Shown here in pieces: positions 13,399 to 27,962 of a stretch of DNA of 64,000 nt. The notes under the pieces are model-generated. The model saw only the letters and a list, made by a program, of their open reading frames with translations. It did not search any database and had not been told where the DNA came from. The position numbers and the translations under genes were made by a program. Source of the DNA: Octopus vulgaris (Eukaryota); NCBI GenBank assembly GCA_951406725.2, contig OX597814.1, forward strand, positions 57,660,001-57,724,000, given 5' to 3'. Numbering within the stretch: the first letter of the stretch is position 1; each line of letters begins with the position of its first letter.

Positions 13399-14315
13399 GG
13401 TTACTCTTCGGAAATGCTTAATATAATGGCACACGGAATGAAAAAGAATAATTACATTGTAAATTCTACACCGCTGAAAACATATTAACTGGCCTATATA
13501 TATATATAATTTCCGTATAAATTTTTCATTACTCTAATTATGCTTAATTTGCTGATCCTGTACACACTGGGAGATGATCAATTCTCTTAAATGTAAATAT
13601 AGACTACTAACTTTTGGAACTCAACCAGCAATTTACAGAGAAGTAATATCAAGTTGTTTGACAATGGAACAGCCTGGGAGAAACGAATAGTGTTCAGTTG
13701 AGAATCAAATCTTGCTTTAAGTATCAACTCACCACGCGCTTACTTAATATTCTAGAACATAATCTAGAATTTTAGAGTAACATCAAAAGATATACTTCAT
13801 ATCGTTTGGAGAAGGGAAAGGAAATATGGAATTGTGGTGTTCATGTATTAACAGCATTGCTGAAGCGAACTTGCACGAAATAAGTATCGAAACTGAAAGC
13901 AGATTCACTATTTGAAAAGAAAAACAAAAACATAGAAAGTAAAAAAGAAATCAATCCCACTCCCCAAAAATGTTCATTAGAATACGATGGAACCTAATGC
14001 AGTCACTCAAACCGCTTCAAATAGCAGCCACATTATCTTGAAACTACACCTGGCCAACTTAAAAATGCAGTCCTAGTTATAGTATACGATAATATGATGG
14101 GAAATCATGGATAAAACGCATAGGCCATTACTGATTGATTAGAGGTGTCATGGGATTAAGCGCCTACCTATTTACCAATCTACTCGCCTGTTCTTTTTGC
14201 TGCAATGAAAATATTTGGCATCAAATATCAATTTCCCTTATTTGAGAAAGAGTCCAATACTTATTGATATTTAGGGTAAAGTAGAATCAGAATTATTTAT
14301 TGTTACGAACAGTAA

Positions 14316-14520
14316 GGCGGTGAGTAGGCAGAATCGTTAGCAATCAGGACAAAATGGTTTGAATAATTTCGTCTATTATTGTGTTCTAAGCCCAAATTTC
14401 GCTGAGGCCGATTATATTTCGTCCTTTCGGAGTCAATAAAATAAATACCTGTAGAGCACTGCGTTCGATCAACTTCCAGTCCTCCCGCGATTTTGCTGGC
14501 TTCGTATCAAAATTTGAAAG
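14316..14520 (+). mobile_element. tRNA-derived SINE, family A, degraded
   Basis: GGCGGTGAGTAGGCAGAATCGTTAGCA...CCTTTCGGAGTCAATAAAATAAATACC resembles the 25965 copy. Confidence 0.6.
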
Positions 14521-15855
14521 CAATGTTTTATGTGCCAATGTGGATTGTAGAGTGATAGAATCCTTAGGGCTTCAGATAAAATATCTTGTAATATGTATTC
14601 TGCCAACTGACAATCTAAGTTCAAATCTTTGACAAATACTTTTGTTTTAACGAACTCATACTTGACTGATACTTTATTGAATTTACCTTTTTACGAGGCT
14701 GATACAATAAAATATCTAACAAGTACTGGTACCACATTCTTCGACATTTCTACTATCAAGATTTTGGTCATATATACAGAGGACGGTGAGACGGACAAGA
14801 TGACCATTCAGCGCAATAGTTCCCAACCGGGGTCCATATGAGTCTTGGGGTTATATAGCGGCTTTTGTTCAATTTTATCTGCAATAAATTGGTTATCCTT
14901 CTACAATAAACAAAATATAATCATTAATAAAAAAAATAAATTCTTAATAATCGTTAATTATAGAAATATATGATATTTAAAACACCTAATGCTTCGGAGG
15001 GTACTTCCAAATAAAATAGGACTAAAATAGACCATAGCTAAAAAATGGTTGAGAAATGTTGATTTAGAGCATTAACAAAACTCTGTGTGCTAGTTGTTCC
15101 AGCTCTTTACGTTCTGAGTTTAAATCCTGTCAAAGTTAACTTTAGGTTTCATAATTCCTGCTGTACTATAAATGAGTATCAATCAAGAACAGGTGTCAAT
15201 TTGATCGACTATCGTCTTCCTCAAAATTTGTGAACTTAGGATTGTGAAAGTAATTATTACATTTTTTACGGCAGTTGAAAAGAAAAGCATGCTTTACATT
15301 TTCTATGAATATAGTTTTGAGTGATATAGTTATATAATTTTCAATTTCCCTTTGAATAGAATAGTTAAACAACTTTTCAGTTAATATGAAACAACACCCG
15401 ACAACGTGAAAATGCGAGATTTGATTTGAAGTCATGCATTAATTAGAAGACATTAAAATAATCTTTTAACTTGTAGTATGTTTTAAAGAAAATCAAACGA
15501 TTATACAGCCAAAAGAAATAGCGTAATTTAGAATTAAAATTCATTCTTCTGGAAAGCTATGTCCGTTTTGTGGTAAATCTCAAGTTACAAATTATTAGCG
15601 AAGAATATGAAAAGAAAAACATAGTCCATAAAAAAGTCTGCTTTAGAATAAATTGGTTCGATTATATATCTGGCTGCAGGATTTTCAAAATGGTTGATAT
15701 TTTGATAAAATATGATTGGAAATTTGGTTCTGATTTACGTACTTTTTAAACATACATGCACATATATACATGTATGCATTAAGTTTGAATGTCCTGTCGC
15801 ATTTAAAGATTAATGCTGTCGCATTTAAAATTAATGCTTCATTAGTCTTAAATGA

Positions 15856-15923
<68 letters not shown>

Positions 15924-15924
15924 T

Positions 15925-16110
15925 GTTCAAATTTAGAGAAAACAAAGGACGAAGACAGGCGAGAGAACAACAAGCAAGTGTATTAGTTTGACGGTCAGGA
16001 ATTATGGAAAGTCTTTGAAGTTTCGAGTATATGCTATTCGACAGAGACAGTTGAGACCAAAACGTGGAGAAAAAAAATGGTCAGAGAAAAATGTGTAGTT
16101 GTTTCCCCTC
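15925..16110 (-). mobile_element. Penelope-like terminal repeat fragment with degenerate short-stem-II hammerhead
   Basis: Similar to 26597-26795 and 44110-44275; minus strand CTGTCGA-A-TAGC ATAT ACTC-GAAAC at 16020-16044; abuts (TA)n. Confidence 0.5.
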
Positions 16111-17296
16111 GTTATTGATGTTTGGCCTCTTGTATTGATAAGATGATCCCATCTATTTGGGAAATTGTCAATTCCTCGGGTCCGAAAATCTTCAGGTTTC
16201 CAACAAAAAAAAAAAAGGAAAAGAAAAAAACTTGATATCGTTTTAACCTCTTCACAGTTAATAAACTATTTTCCCTTTAAATAATGCTGCAAAGATCGGA
16301 AAAGATGATAGGCAGATGGAGTAATGTTAGGAGAGTAGGATATTTTCTTGGATGTCTTAGAAAATACGTGGTCTTGCACTCTCTTGTAAGAGAAATACTT
16401 CTTTACAATTGATTAATGATACGTGCTTTCTTCTGCAAATCTGTGAGCAATATTTCTAACACCTTTCTGCATTAACTGTTTAATTTTGATTTAATACTTC
16501 ATGATCTACGAAACCCAAACAAACACAGAGCATAACATCTTTCAAGTATACTCCTAGTTTAGAGGCTGAGATCTCCCTTTTCATCGGTTGCTAACTATTG
16601 TCATTTTCGCTGAATATAATTATAGAGAGCCGAGTTTTCCTTCCTTGTAATGATTCTACCAAGGGTAAATTCTGTAGCACTACTCTTGAATGGCGAGCTG
16701 AGGGCAACTATTTGATTAAGCTGAGGAGCAGTCAGATGAAAAGCCTCCCATTAGCTAAATCTAGACACTTTTCCTAGTTCATGAAGTTGTTTTACGACCT
16801 AAATGTGAATTAAACTGTTTTGTTAATTCCCATGCAGTTTGCTTTGATTTTTTCTCAATTACCTATTTCAGAAGTTCAGTAGTGACGGAACTTGGTGGTC
16901 AAGATAGAGGTGAATATGCGAAAGAAAGTTTTCCAGAGCGTAACTGGTCAAGTGACTGTTGAACGCTTTATTTCCTTTGAAAGAACGAATATTACTTGCC
17001 TGTACCATTGCTGAAGAACCCTTCCTGTAGCATGCAATGTCTCATATGGGTCTGATGAAATTCATTTCAAAAAGATAAAAATCGATACAAATTTAAAGAC
17101 TATGGTTCAAAGTAATCTGCAAAGAAGGAAACGAGAACATTAGAATGTAAAAATTGCATATGGTGACATAAGTACTGAAGCATTATCCTCGAGGCATTCA
17201 TGTCAAAAGGCTACAGAATTTTATTTTCCAACTTTATATATCAGAAATGTTATTTAAAATAATATAATATAATATAATATGATATAATATAATATA

Positions 17297-17379
<83 letters not shown>

Positions 17380-17392
17380 AGTATAATCCATC

Positions 17393-17433
<41 letters not shown>

Positions 17434-18058
17434 CATACATACATATAAACCTGCGCACACACACAAATACACAGACGTATACACACATATAAATATATCA
17501 ATGAAATATATATTTTTTACCAATATATAATATACATGAATCACGATATATACGTACCAAGACAAACATAGATACTTAAAGACACACACATCTAAAGAGT
17601 TGTTTTATATACTTATGTAGGTAAGGGTTATTGTATATGTATATTTATATTTATGCATGAATACACATACATACACACACACAAACATGAAATATTGCGT
17701 AATTCTTTTACCGTTTGATTTATATGCTGCTTTTCATATTGCTTGGTTCCCCAGAGGCAATGCTTGTCAGAAGAAATATATCATTGTATTCACAAAGATC
17801 CAAAGAAAGACGAGAACGAATCGTCTAGGAAGACAGTGTCTTTTCTTATTTCGAACTGAAATGTAATCTACATCCAGGTTCATTGTCTCGGTGTATTCTG
17901 CTTAATATTTGTTGCTGCTCGGTGCAATGATAACTTTCTTTGATTTATAGCATTCGACGACGGTTACGAAAAGGCACCATGAGACCTTTCTAGTTATTTT
18001 TAATCCACTTTCAGAATAATATAAATGACTAAAGAATACTATATTATCTCAATGAGAT

Positions 18059-18133
<75 letters not shown>

Positions 18134-19180
18134 CTTTATTAAGCTTAATGAAAGCAACTGAAAACATTTCCGAAGAAGCTAGTCAAAAAGTCTACGAAGA
18201 TTTGTCTTATTCAGTCTAGTGTGGTAGAATCATAAGATTTGTTAATACGTAAGTGTATACGTGTATCTAGATGACCATGTAAGCAAGGAAATTGTAAATA
18301 GTTTGGTGTGTTTCGAATCTAATCTAAACATAAATGTGAAATACACCGGTATGGAAACGGGTAAATTATAGGCTACACATTCCAGCGAATTGCGTCGTAG
18401 TTTTGATGCGCAATGAAATATGTGGAAGAATACAGACCATTTAAAGGAAAAAGGAAGTATTTAGATGATATTTTATAGCTCAGTTAGTTGAACAATTTTC
18501 ATAATTTTCATCACAATTACGCAAATAACAGTGGTGTTTTACAGAGTTATATAACTTGCCTAACTAAAACCATGGCAAATATGAACAATCTGCTCTAAGT
18601 AATAAACTGGTAACAACAATAACAACAACAGTAGAGGTATAAATAGCAGTAGAGCGGCAAGGGAAGCAGCTGTTACCGCAACAGCAGCAACAACTATAAC
18701 GAAATGAAATAATAAATCAAGCAGTATATTTCTCCACTTAAATGATTTTGTTTCATAAATCAAAGATGTCAAGTAGAACACAATGGCTAAAAATTAATTA
18801 TCTTTGAAAAATGATGCTATTAACAGGGTTAATGACCTTGACGAAAAATAGGCTCTGTACGGTTAACCGAGTAAATGAACTATTTTACAGTTATAAAGAT
18901 CGTTTTTCCTTGAGAACAGTTAATATTTTTCTGTGTGTTTATTTGATTTGCCTTCTTCAAAGAATGAAACTATAAATCTTGACTGTCGATTCCTCCGATC
19001 GTTGGTGGAACTGATCTTTATAACTGAAAAATGCATAGAGCAGTTTGTTTGACATTTTCAAGTTGAGAAATGAAATTCTTCTTCTAGTTATAGAACGGTG
19101 AGGTGACTGCTATTAAACTAAATTATCTTTCTGTATCGTACTCTTTTTCTAATTCCTTATTTTCACATACATACACACAG

Positions 19181-19261
<81 letters not shown>

Positions 19262-20857
19262 TACACATGCACACATACACATACGCGCATACATACACAC
19301 ATTCATTTAAAGTCTTCACGTCATACTCACACACAAATGAATCTCCGTGAAAGAAGGGAATGTAAATTGCTCAAGTAATTTCTAGTCACATAGAAGTTCT
19401 TTTTATTGTTTACCACCACAGTCGGTTAATATACTCTTGTATTTATAAATAAAACTTAAGAATCCAATTGATATATTTTTTATTGGTATGAAATTATCTT
19501 CACAGATATTCGTTCCTTATAGAAGATGATTTGCGTCAGATAAAGTGTATTAAAATTTATTTACTACTTAATCAGCTTATTTTAGCTTTATATTACATCA
19601 TATCGGAAGAACACCAAAGTATCGGATATAAATCGAATTTATTAATGTGAACATTAGACGAAAGAATGTGCACCAATATATTACTACTCAGTTGATAAAA
19701 GAAAATTTAAATCCTCCTACCAATGACATTTGTAAATTACATTGACCTTTCAATATGTACCTTATATCTTTTATGCACGGCGCTCTCGTTGGGGTTCAGT
19801 ATTATCAATTTATCCGCAAAGATACTGACGCATAGACAAACTAATATAACTAATATAGATTGTGTTGATACGGAAGAGCATAAGATAACCAACCAGTCTA
19901 TTTATCATAAAACCACTTACACAACAGGCAAGAATAAGGACCAGACTTTATGGAAATATTCTCTGTAATATTCTAGCCTCCTTACACAAGAATGCATCTT
20001 CCATTAGACGCCCAGAGCGACGAAATACAAGTATAAGTTTCAGTGTAGCTTGCAAACGCGTCAATATATCTTATCTTACAGGTTAAAATCACTGTTAGGC
20101 TTCATATCGCAAAATGCACTTTTAATTAATTTCCTTATCTTAAAATTCAGAGTCACTGTGACAATTTAAAAAGAATAAAATATCTAAAACCATTGAGACG
20201 TGTGTTGTAAGAAAAAACTAAAATAACTGACTAATTCCATTATCTCTATGCGATATTACTTTTAAGCCCACCTCGAGTGTCGACCTTAATCTTTCATATC
20301 CCTAGAGTCAATAATTATCGAGAGTACATTCATACTGATAACGTCTTCTAAAAGTCTCTCATAAAATAATATCACTTAAAGGCTTATAAAAAGACTGAGT
20401 AGTTATTTATCTTATTGATGTTAAAACATTAAATAATTCGGCGACTTCAAATCTTCTAGTTTCGATCAGCTGCATCAACTTCAGAAAAATATAATTAGGA
20501 GCTCTACTTACGGCACGAGTTGAGCTAAACAACTTGAGTTAACCAACTACTCACCAGATATACAGTAATTTCTGTAGCATTGCTTTTGCAGAAGTGTTTA
20601 AGTTTTACTTCACAATGTTACTGATTAAGGCTAAAAAATGCGTCTTCAAAATATTTTACTACTAGAAATAAAAATTCTTCTATTTTAAAGGTGTTTGAAA
20701 AGTAACATAAGTACCTGTGCATTTTCCCGTTTATTAAATTTTGTTTTCCTAAATCAAGCATAAAACTTTTTTAATGAATTTGTTGACGCAATAATATAAA
20801 ATTGACAAAATAATTAACTAGTAAGCACAGAAACACAAATACACATATAAACGCTTA

Positions 20858-21286
20858 GGATCTTTTCGGTTTGAACGGCAGTTTTTTCTAGCGGTGTCAT
20901 ATGAAATTGTCACCCATAATTATGACCCTAGTATCGATCTATTGCATTTCAATCTGTTTTAGGATTAGGGTTAGAGTTAGGGTTAGGGGTGGGGGGAAGG
21001 GTATTTTTTTTTATTCAGAAATGTAAATAAACCAATCTGTTTCTTAAACGAGGGACATATTCATACGGCACAGAATGTTTTCACCTCAATAGACGTCATT
21101 GATTGGTTGATATTGCAGAAATTGAAGAAAAAAACCAACAAGTATCTTACAAACTATAGAATTTTCTCAATAAAGCTAAGAGAAAAAGATGTTTTATAAA
21201 CACATTCTAACAGTATACGTAGTTTAAAAGTGTTTAGTTACGTGGAAATTATTTTTAAAAAAATGCCGTTCAAACCGAAAAGATCC
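20858..21286. mobile_element. MITE with 23-bp perfect TIRs and 8-bp TSD (Merlin-like)
   Basis: TIR GGATCTTTTCGGTTTGAACGGCA at both ends; exact TSD AACGCTTA at 20850-20857 and 21287-21294. GG termini with an 8-bp TSD fit Merlin. Confidence 0.85.
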
Positions 21287-22137
21287 AACGCTTAGACTAC
21301 GAACAACTAGTGAGGTTTTTGCATAATCAGTCAGTCTACCAAATTGCTCAAAATTGCAACCAAGTCTCCTTTAAAATGTATTACACCATATTTAAAATAA
21401 ACACTCGTAAATTCCTATAACGGCAAACATGTTTTTACAATGGTGAGTATGCATCGATAAGCATATATGTGTGGCTGAAACGTTCGCTTCTATCATCCTT
21501 TCTAGCTAAGTTAGTCACGCTATAGAAACTTCTACAATTAAAACAAAAACAAAATGGTATCATCATTCTGAATCATATATATGATTCCGATTAATTATGG
21601 ACGGTATTATATATTTACTGTAGTTAAAGATAAAAAAGTTTATAGATATATACTAAATGAAATATGTTAAATAATGGCTGAAGAAAAAATTCATTTCAAA
21701 TTAAAAAGTAATTCAAAGAACAATAGATTCGTTTTATTATTTTATACAATTTTACACCTTTCTTTAATATGTTTCGGATTTATCTGAACGCTTATATATT
21801 TCCAAAAATAATACAACAAATGCATTATAGTTTTCCAAACTATTTTAAAATCCAAACACTTATGCAAAAACTAGATATGAAGGGTTTGGCGAACCTCCAC
21901 AGCCACCACCACCACCACCACCAAGCTGTTATTTAGCCGGCTAAAAATAGTAGCTAAAGCTCTCACAATTCACACACATAAATAAAGGTTATACTCAACA
22001 ATATAGTCCCATATATACAAGTAGACGAAATAACAGAACTAACGGATATATATATATATATACCTATAAAAATTGTGAGTATGTAATTATATGCGTGTAT
22101 GCACATATGTATGCATGTATGTATGTATGTATGTATG

Positions 22138-22174
<37 letters not shown>

Positions 22175-22362
22175 TCACTATAGAAACTAAAAGAAAACTG
22201 CCCGGGTTAACGTTGAGCGACTTGCTGTAGCCAAAACCAAGATTATATCAATTGAAATTCATCATATCACACGTTACTATCTGTGAGACTTTCGACATTG
22301 TAAACCTAGGCATTAAAAAAACTGAGTGGTCACGATTTAAACATCTTTGAAAATATAGTTAT

Positions 22363-23014
22363 ATGAATATTAAGGTTCATTTTTTACAGAGTCATCTAGA
22401 TAAATTTCCCGATAATTGCGGCGATGTGAGTGATGAGCAAAGTGAACGATTCCATCAGGATATCAAACAATGAAAGAGCGCTACGAGGGATGGTGAGACA
22501 AACGAATGATGGCTGACTACTGCTGGAGTATCAAAAATGAATTAACATTGAACATGACAGACAATGAAGAAAGAGAAAATTTTTACCATAGTTCTTATGT
22601 TCACGAAGGTTTTATTTCTGCTCTTAGTTTATTTAATGATTTGATGAAAATACTTGTTGGTCTTAGTATATTCAATCGTGTTATTTTTAAAGACTTAGGG
22701 GTCTGATTGTTATTGCAAATATAGTATTTCTCAATAAGCAGACCAATATTTGTTGGTTTAAATACGAATTGAGAGGTTTCTACATTTTTACTTTGAGAAA
22801 TATTGCCATTAATCAATATCAAATATACAGAAAACAAATGAAAAAAAAATGCTTCCCCACCCCCAAAATAAGGCCTTTCTGTACAGTAAAAACGGTAGCC
22901 AACCAAGAAAAAGTAATGTCATTTTCAGATCTAGCACCCTCAAACTAGCTAAAAAAAAAAAAGATCTTTGGTGTCACGACACCATTTCAAAATTTTTTTT
23001 TTTGTTGACCAGTA
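22363..23014 (+). mobile_element. Chapaev3-like (CMC) DNA transposon 3' fragment
   Basis: MNIKVHFLQSHLDKFPDNCGDVSDEQSERFHQDIK, frameshift, MKERYEGW*DKRMMADYCWSI; ends in (T)n-GTTGACCAGT, consistent with a CAC-type TIR. Family assignment is from recall. Confidence 0.7.
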
Positions 23015-23149
23015 TTATTCGGGGCAGTTGGCTTGCAAACATAATGCTGTAACTATGATCCAAATACTTAAGTCTACACCCACACTACCTAGATGTAATT
23101 AGATGCCGCGAATTAGAATAGCTTACAACTTTAAATAGCAATATTATTT

Positions 23150-23317
23150 TATCACTTTGTCTGTCTTTACAATCTGAGTTCAAATTCTGCTGAGGTCGAC
23201 TTTGCCTTTCATCCTTTCGGAGTCGATAAATTAAGTACCAGTTGTGTACTGGGGTCGATCTAATTGACTAGCCCCCACCTCAAAAATTTCCGGCCTTGTG
23301 CCTAGATTAGAAAGGAA
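23150..23317 (+). mobile_element. SINE family A, 5'-degraded
   Basis: CTGAGTTCAAATTCTGCTGAGGTCGACTTTGCCTTTCATCCTTTCGGAGTCGATAAATTAAGTACCAG central domain. Confidence 0.8.
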
Positions 23318-23823
23318 TATTATTTTATAACTTGAATGTATCACCGCTTAATGTATTAGGTTCAAATTTCCATGCGGGTTTCTGAAGTAATGAAAGCGTT
23401 AACAAAAACCAACACAAAACAAAATAATATAAAACATTTCCATAGATATTTCTTTCGGCACCATTATTGAGATTGGGCTCAGAAGGGAAGGAATAATCTG
23501 AACAATTTCAGATCATTAAGCAATCTGATCATATTTTAGAGCCTACTGAGTAGTAATAAATTTTAAAACATCACATATTTCTAGCAGCAGAATCCAAAGC
23601 GAGAGACATTAAACTTCCATTTTTTTTTGGTTCATATAAGAAATAATTTGATAGTCGTGAAAAGAAAAACATCTACTGGATGTATTATTCGAGATATTAT
23701 TTAAAAATTTAGATATATAATTATGACATTACTTTGTAACAAATACTTGATGCCAATCACTTTATAAGAACTTCGTGTTAGATTTCAACTTTCAAAACGT
23801 ATTGCTAAAAATAAATCAATAGA

Positions 23824-24001
<178 letters not shown>

Positions 24002-24303
24002 GTGTATAATATAAATATTTTGTTAAAACTGTTAAAACCACTTCTACTCTTAGAGTAGGTTGAGTGACTTTGTGGATGTTAAGGAAACAGCTAATGTTTT
24101 CCAAAGGTTAATATCGTATCAAATCGAGTGGAGCGAAACAAGTTAAGTGGAGAGACAGAAACGTTTGAATGCAGGACTAAACATCTGTCCTGCAGTATCT
24201 AATAACCTCTATTAAAACTGTGAGTTCAAACTTTATCAAGGTTGTGTTTCGTCTTTGTAGAATCACTAAACACCAGTATTGATCTGGCTTTGAGCAAACC
24301 AAT

Positions 24304-24396
<93 letters not shown>

Positions 24397-24521
24397 TCAC
24401 ATTTGTTTTATGTCGAGTTATAATAAAAACAGATTTGTTACGGAGGTGTACTGGAATAACAAGTGTATTGATCTGCGATCATGTGCTGAACCTAAAGCGA
24501 TTGCAGCGTGGGAGGCATAAA

Positions 24522-24755
24522 TTAGCCATTCAGAAACACACAAAGACCGTCAACTTCCACTTAAACGTTTATTTGAAATATGAAGTCAAAACCTTTGTTA
24601 CTTGATGCTACAACCCATTTTCTGACAAAAAGATTTTGCAGCAAAATTTTTGTCAGTGACCAGGTCGCAGGTTTGAGCGCCGAAATGTTTGACAGCATAT
24701 TACATATGAATGTTTAAATGAAGTTGACGGTGTTTGAATGCTTCTGAGTAGCTAA
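24522..24755. repeat. ~230-bp imperfect foldback (inverted repeat)
   Basis: Arms TTAGCCATTCAGAA..ACCGTCAACTTC / GAAGTTGACGGT..TTCTGAGTAGCTAA; palindromic centre CTGACAAAAAGATTTTGC-A-GCAAAATTTTTGTCAG. Confidence 0.75.
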
Positions 24756-25964
24756 CAGTAGCTGTCTTTTTTGCTGCAATCGCTATCGTGAAAATGATGA
24801 TACATTAAACTGAACGATTACTCAATATTTTTCTAGAGAACGTGCTGAATTATTTCTATATGTGTATGTATGTGTGTGTGTGTGTGTGTGTATGGGAATC
24901 TGTCGCGATTTTCCATAAAACGATTCTTTTCAACTTGCTTTAGAAATCTAAATAATATTAAATATTCTACATATCTTTCATATTGTCACATAGCCATTGA
25001 TGTTCGAGAGAGATAGAGAGAGAGAGAGAGAAAGAGAGAGAAAGAGAGAGGGAGTGAGAGAGGGAGAGAGAGAGAAAGAAAGAGAGAGTGAGAGAAAGAA
25101 AAAGAAGATGAAATAAAAATTTAAGTATTGTTGATATTTTATTATCCCACAAAGGATTAAAGCTCCATAAAAAAAGAAAAGAGCGATCTCTGTGAGATTC
25201 GACCTCAAAGCGCTGAGAGACGGTAAATACACATCGTATGCTACATGCCCTGTCCTCTAATCTGCCAGACAAGCTTCACATAGAAAGCGAATATACTCAG
25301 GATATGTTACAATCCCATTCTTATCTCGTACAGATATGTTACCACTGACAGATCTGAATAACTTAAAACTATACATCATATGAAGGATATTTAATTTCCT
25401 CCTTTTTACTACATCGGTTACTTTATATAACGCACCGAAATTCGCATACGAATTTTGCATATTTTCTGTAATTCTTTTGTCTATTTCAGAATTGATTATT
25501 ATATCCGCTATTAAATTATATCCTATCTTTTCTATATAGAATCCACACACATACACATTTGCGTACTTGTATACACACACAGCTACATACAGTCTCATAT
25601 ATTGATAGCGCGTCTGCTGCTTTGTTTTGAGTTCCTGGTCTATAGGAGATTGTGTAATTTATGTCTGAGAGGTCCAAGTGCCAATGTTTAAGTTTTTGAT
25701 TTTTGATTTTTGATGTCCCTTACTAAATTTGTCATAAACCAGTGCAAAGATGGCTTGTATTCAAATTTTATTCTGCTCGCCGTCTAATCCTTTAATCACG
25801 GCTGTCCAACGATAAAGACAAGTTGTTTTATATTAGGTAAAAACAGTATACATCTATCAACGTCATTCGACACTATGCCGCACTTTCGCACTCAGTACAA
25901 AATAAGAAATCTATATCTTTATAGATTTCTTAATATCTTTATATCTTTATATCTTTATAGAAAA

Positions 25965-26193
25965 GGCAGCGAGCTGGCAGAACCGTTAGCACGCCGGGCG
26001 AAATGCGTAGCCGTATTTCGTCTGCCGCTACGTTCTGAGTTCAAATTCCGCCGAGGTCGACTTTGCCTTTCATCCTTTCGGGGTCGATAAATTAAGTACC
26101 AGTTAAGCACTGGGGTCGATGTAATCGTCTTAATCCGTTTGTCTGTCCTTGTTTGTCCCCTCTATGTTTAACCCCTTGTGGGTAATAAAGAAA
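25965..26193 (+). mobile_element. tRNA-derived SINE, family A, full length
   Basis: GGCAGCGAGCTGGCAGAACCGTTAGC (A box), GAGTTCAAATTCC (B box), GCCTTTCATCCTTTCGGGGTCGATAAATTAAGTACCAG domain, AATAAAGAAA tail; near-identical to 30333 and 29511. Confidence 0.9.
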
Positions 26194-26398
26194 CGTATAT
26201 CTTTATCTATTGTAGGAAGAAAGTTAGCTTCATGCAAACTGTAGAAAATATAAAAACCAACTTTCAGGGACAATAGTGGTTTGTTGAGGCGGTAGGTTGT
26301 GAATATTTTCTGTATCTAAGTACAGTAAGCTGATTGAATCGCCCGTATGTTAACAAGTACCTCCTTGCGACAATGTAAACCTCATTTAATCAAGACAC

Positions 26399-26490
26399 CC
26401 TTGGCCTGAAGAGGAGACTTGCGGTATACACCTCGCTTGGATAGTTACCACTTCAGCGGTTCCGCTTGTTATGAAACATATGTAGCACGG
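26399..26490 (+). ncRNA. Degenerate type I hammerhead with long stem II
   Basis: CUGAAGA (26406-12), stem II with GCGG/CCGC and CGCU/AGCG pairs, GAAAC-AUAU-GUA (26473-84, palindromic stem III). Stem I and the base of stem II are imperfect. Confidence 0.55.
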
Positions 26491-26554
26491 ATAGTATCTA
26501 CTCCCTTCTTTAATTCTTATATAAATATAACTAACTAACTAACTAAATAAATAA

Positions 26555-26594
<40 letters not shown>

Positions 26595-26596
26595 GC

Positions 26597-26791
26597 CATG
26601 ATAGATCGTTAGCCACTACACACATGTTTTTTTCTCTCCTTGTTTCTCTCCTTGTTTTTCTGTGTACCTTTCTATAAAAGAGCGTAGGCTCGAAACGTAA
26701 AAGACTTTTTCTATTCCTGAGCGTTATACTAATATATCTGTTTGTTTTGTACACCACCTGTCTTCGTCTTTTGTTTTTTTTCGTAAACTTT

Positions 26792-26795
<4 letters not shown>
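26597..26795 (+). mobile_element. Penelope-like terminal repeat fragment inserted in (TA)n
   Basis: Flanked by (TA)n on both sides; CTATAAA-A-GAGC GTAG GCTC-GAAACGTA is a decayed hammerhead; related copies at 15925 and 44110. Confidence 0.55.
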
Positions 26796-26847
<52 letters not shown>

Positions 26848-27390
26848 AAGATAAAAAGAATATGAAAGGATAAAAGCCGTATGTTGTGATGGCATCAAGT
26901 GAGGATTAGTCCATATCTCCATATGTTGTATATTGAACCAAGTTCATACAGAGAGATTTAAAAAAATATTCTAATTAGTTCTACATGTTGTTTTTTATGG
27001 GAGCATGTGCATACTTTCTTTAATAGACACTGAAAAATTACACCATACCGTACGAACAAAATTCTAATTCGAAAAAGAATAATATTGAAAAAGAAGTATT
27101 TGGGTATAGACAGGAAACATTTACCCTTATACCAACTTATGCAGCTACAATTTATAAAAGGGTATTTGATAATTATAAAACCACTCGGTATGCTCAACAA
27201 TAAACAAAGGATAGTATCTGAAAGTAGAAATTATAGCGAAAGAATACATTTAAGCTAAAACTGGTGTAACATAGACACATGTAGATAAACATAACATACA
27301 CATACATACAATACACAAACTCACATGCATATATGCATATATACGCACACACACTCACAAACATTTATATACGTCTGTGCGTACACACAT

Positions 27391-27444
<54 letters not shown>

Positions 27445-27791
27445 ATAGATATATACATACACATGTATATATCTATATAGTTGCGTTTACAATCTTATCT
27501 TTATGTAGTTGCACACACACACGTGTGTGTGTATTTAAAAAAAAGAAGGTTGAAAACGCCACTACATAAGATGAATTTTAATTTTCTTAGAAATTTTACA
27601 TGTTTCGTTTCTTCTTGAAAAAACGACCCTTATCAAAAATATTTTTAAAAGTTATGTGTAATAAAAGAGCTCATAGTTGTTTCATACTAGTCTCAACAGA
27701 GTCCACGTGGTGGTTTTTTTGTGGTGGGGAGCATAATAACCGTCTTGTGTGTTGACTAGATTCGTTGGCTGAAGTTGGGGAAATGACCAGC

Positions 27792-27843
<52 letters not shown>

Positions 27844-27917
27844 ACACACATACATGTGCGTAGGAGCCTTTATATTTATATTGGGTATATATGTGTGTTT
27901 TGTGAGAATTTATACAT

Positions 27918-27962
<45 letters not shown>

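Noticed and set aside
17710-17860. Possible minus-strand host exon (TTTCAG ... G|GTAAAG)
   Set aside because: Splice-like motifs only; no recognisable protein or partner exons.
25965-26060. tRNA genes at SINE heads
   Set aside because: A/B boxes are present but there is no cloverleaf, and the sequence continues into SINE bodies.
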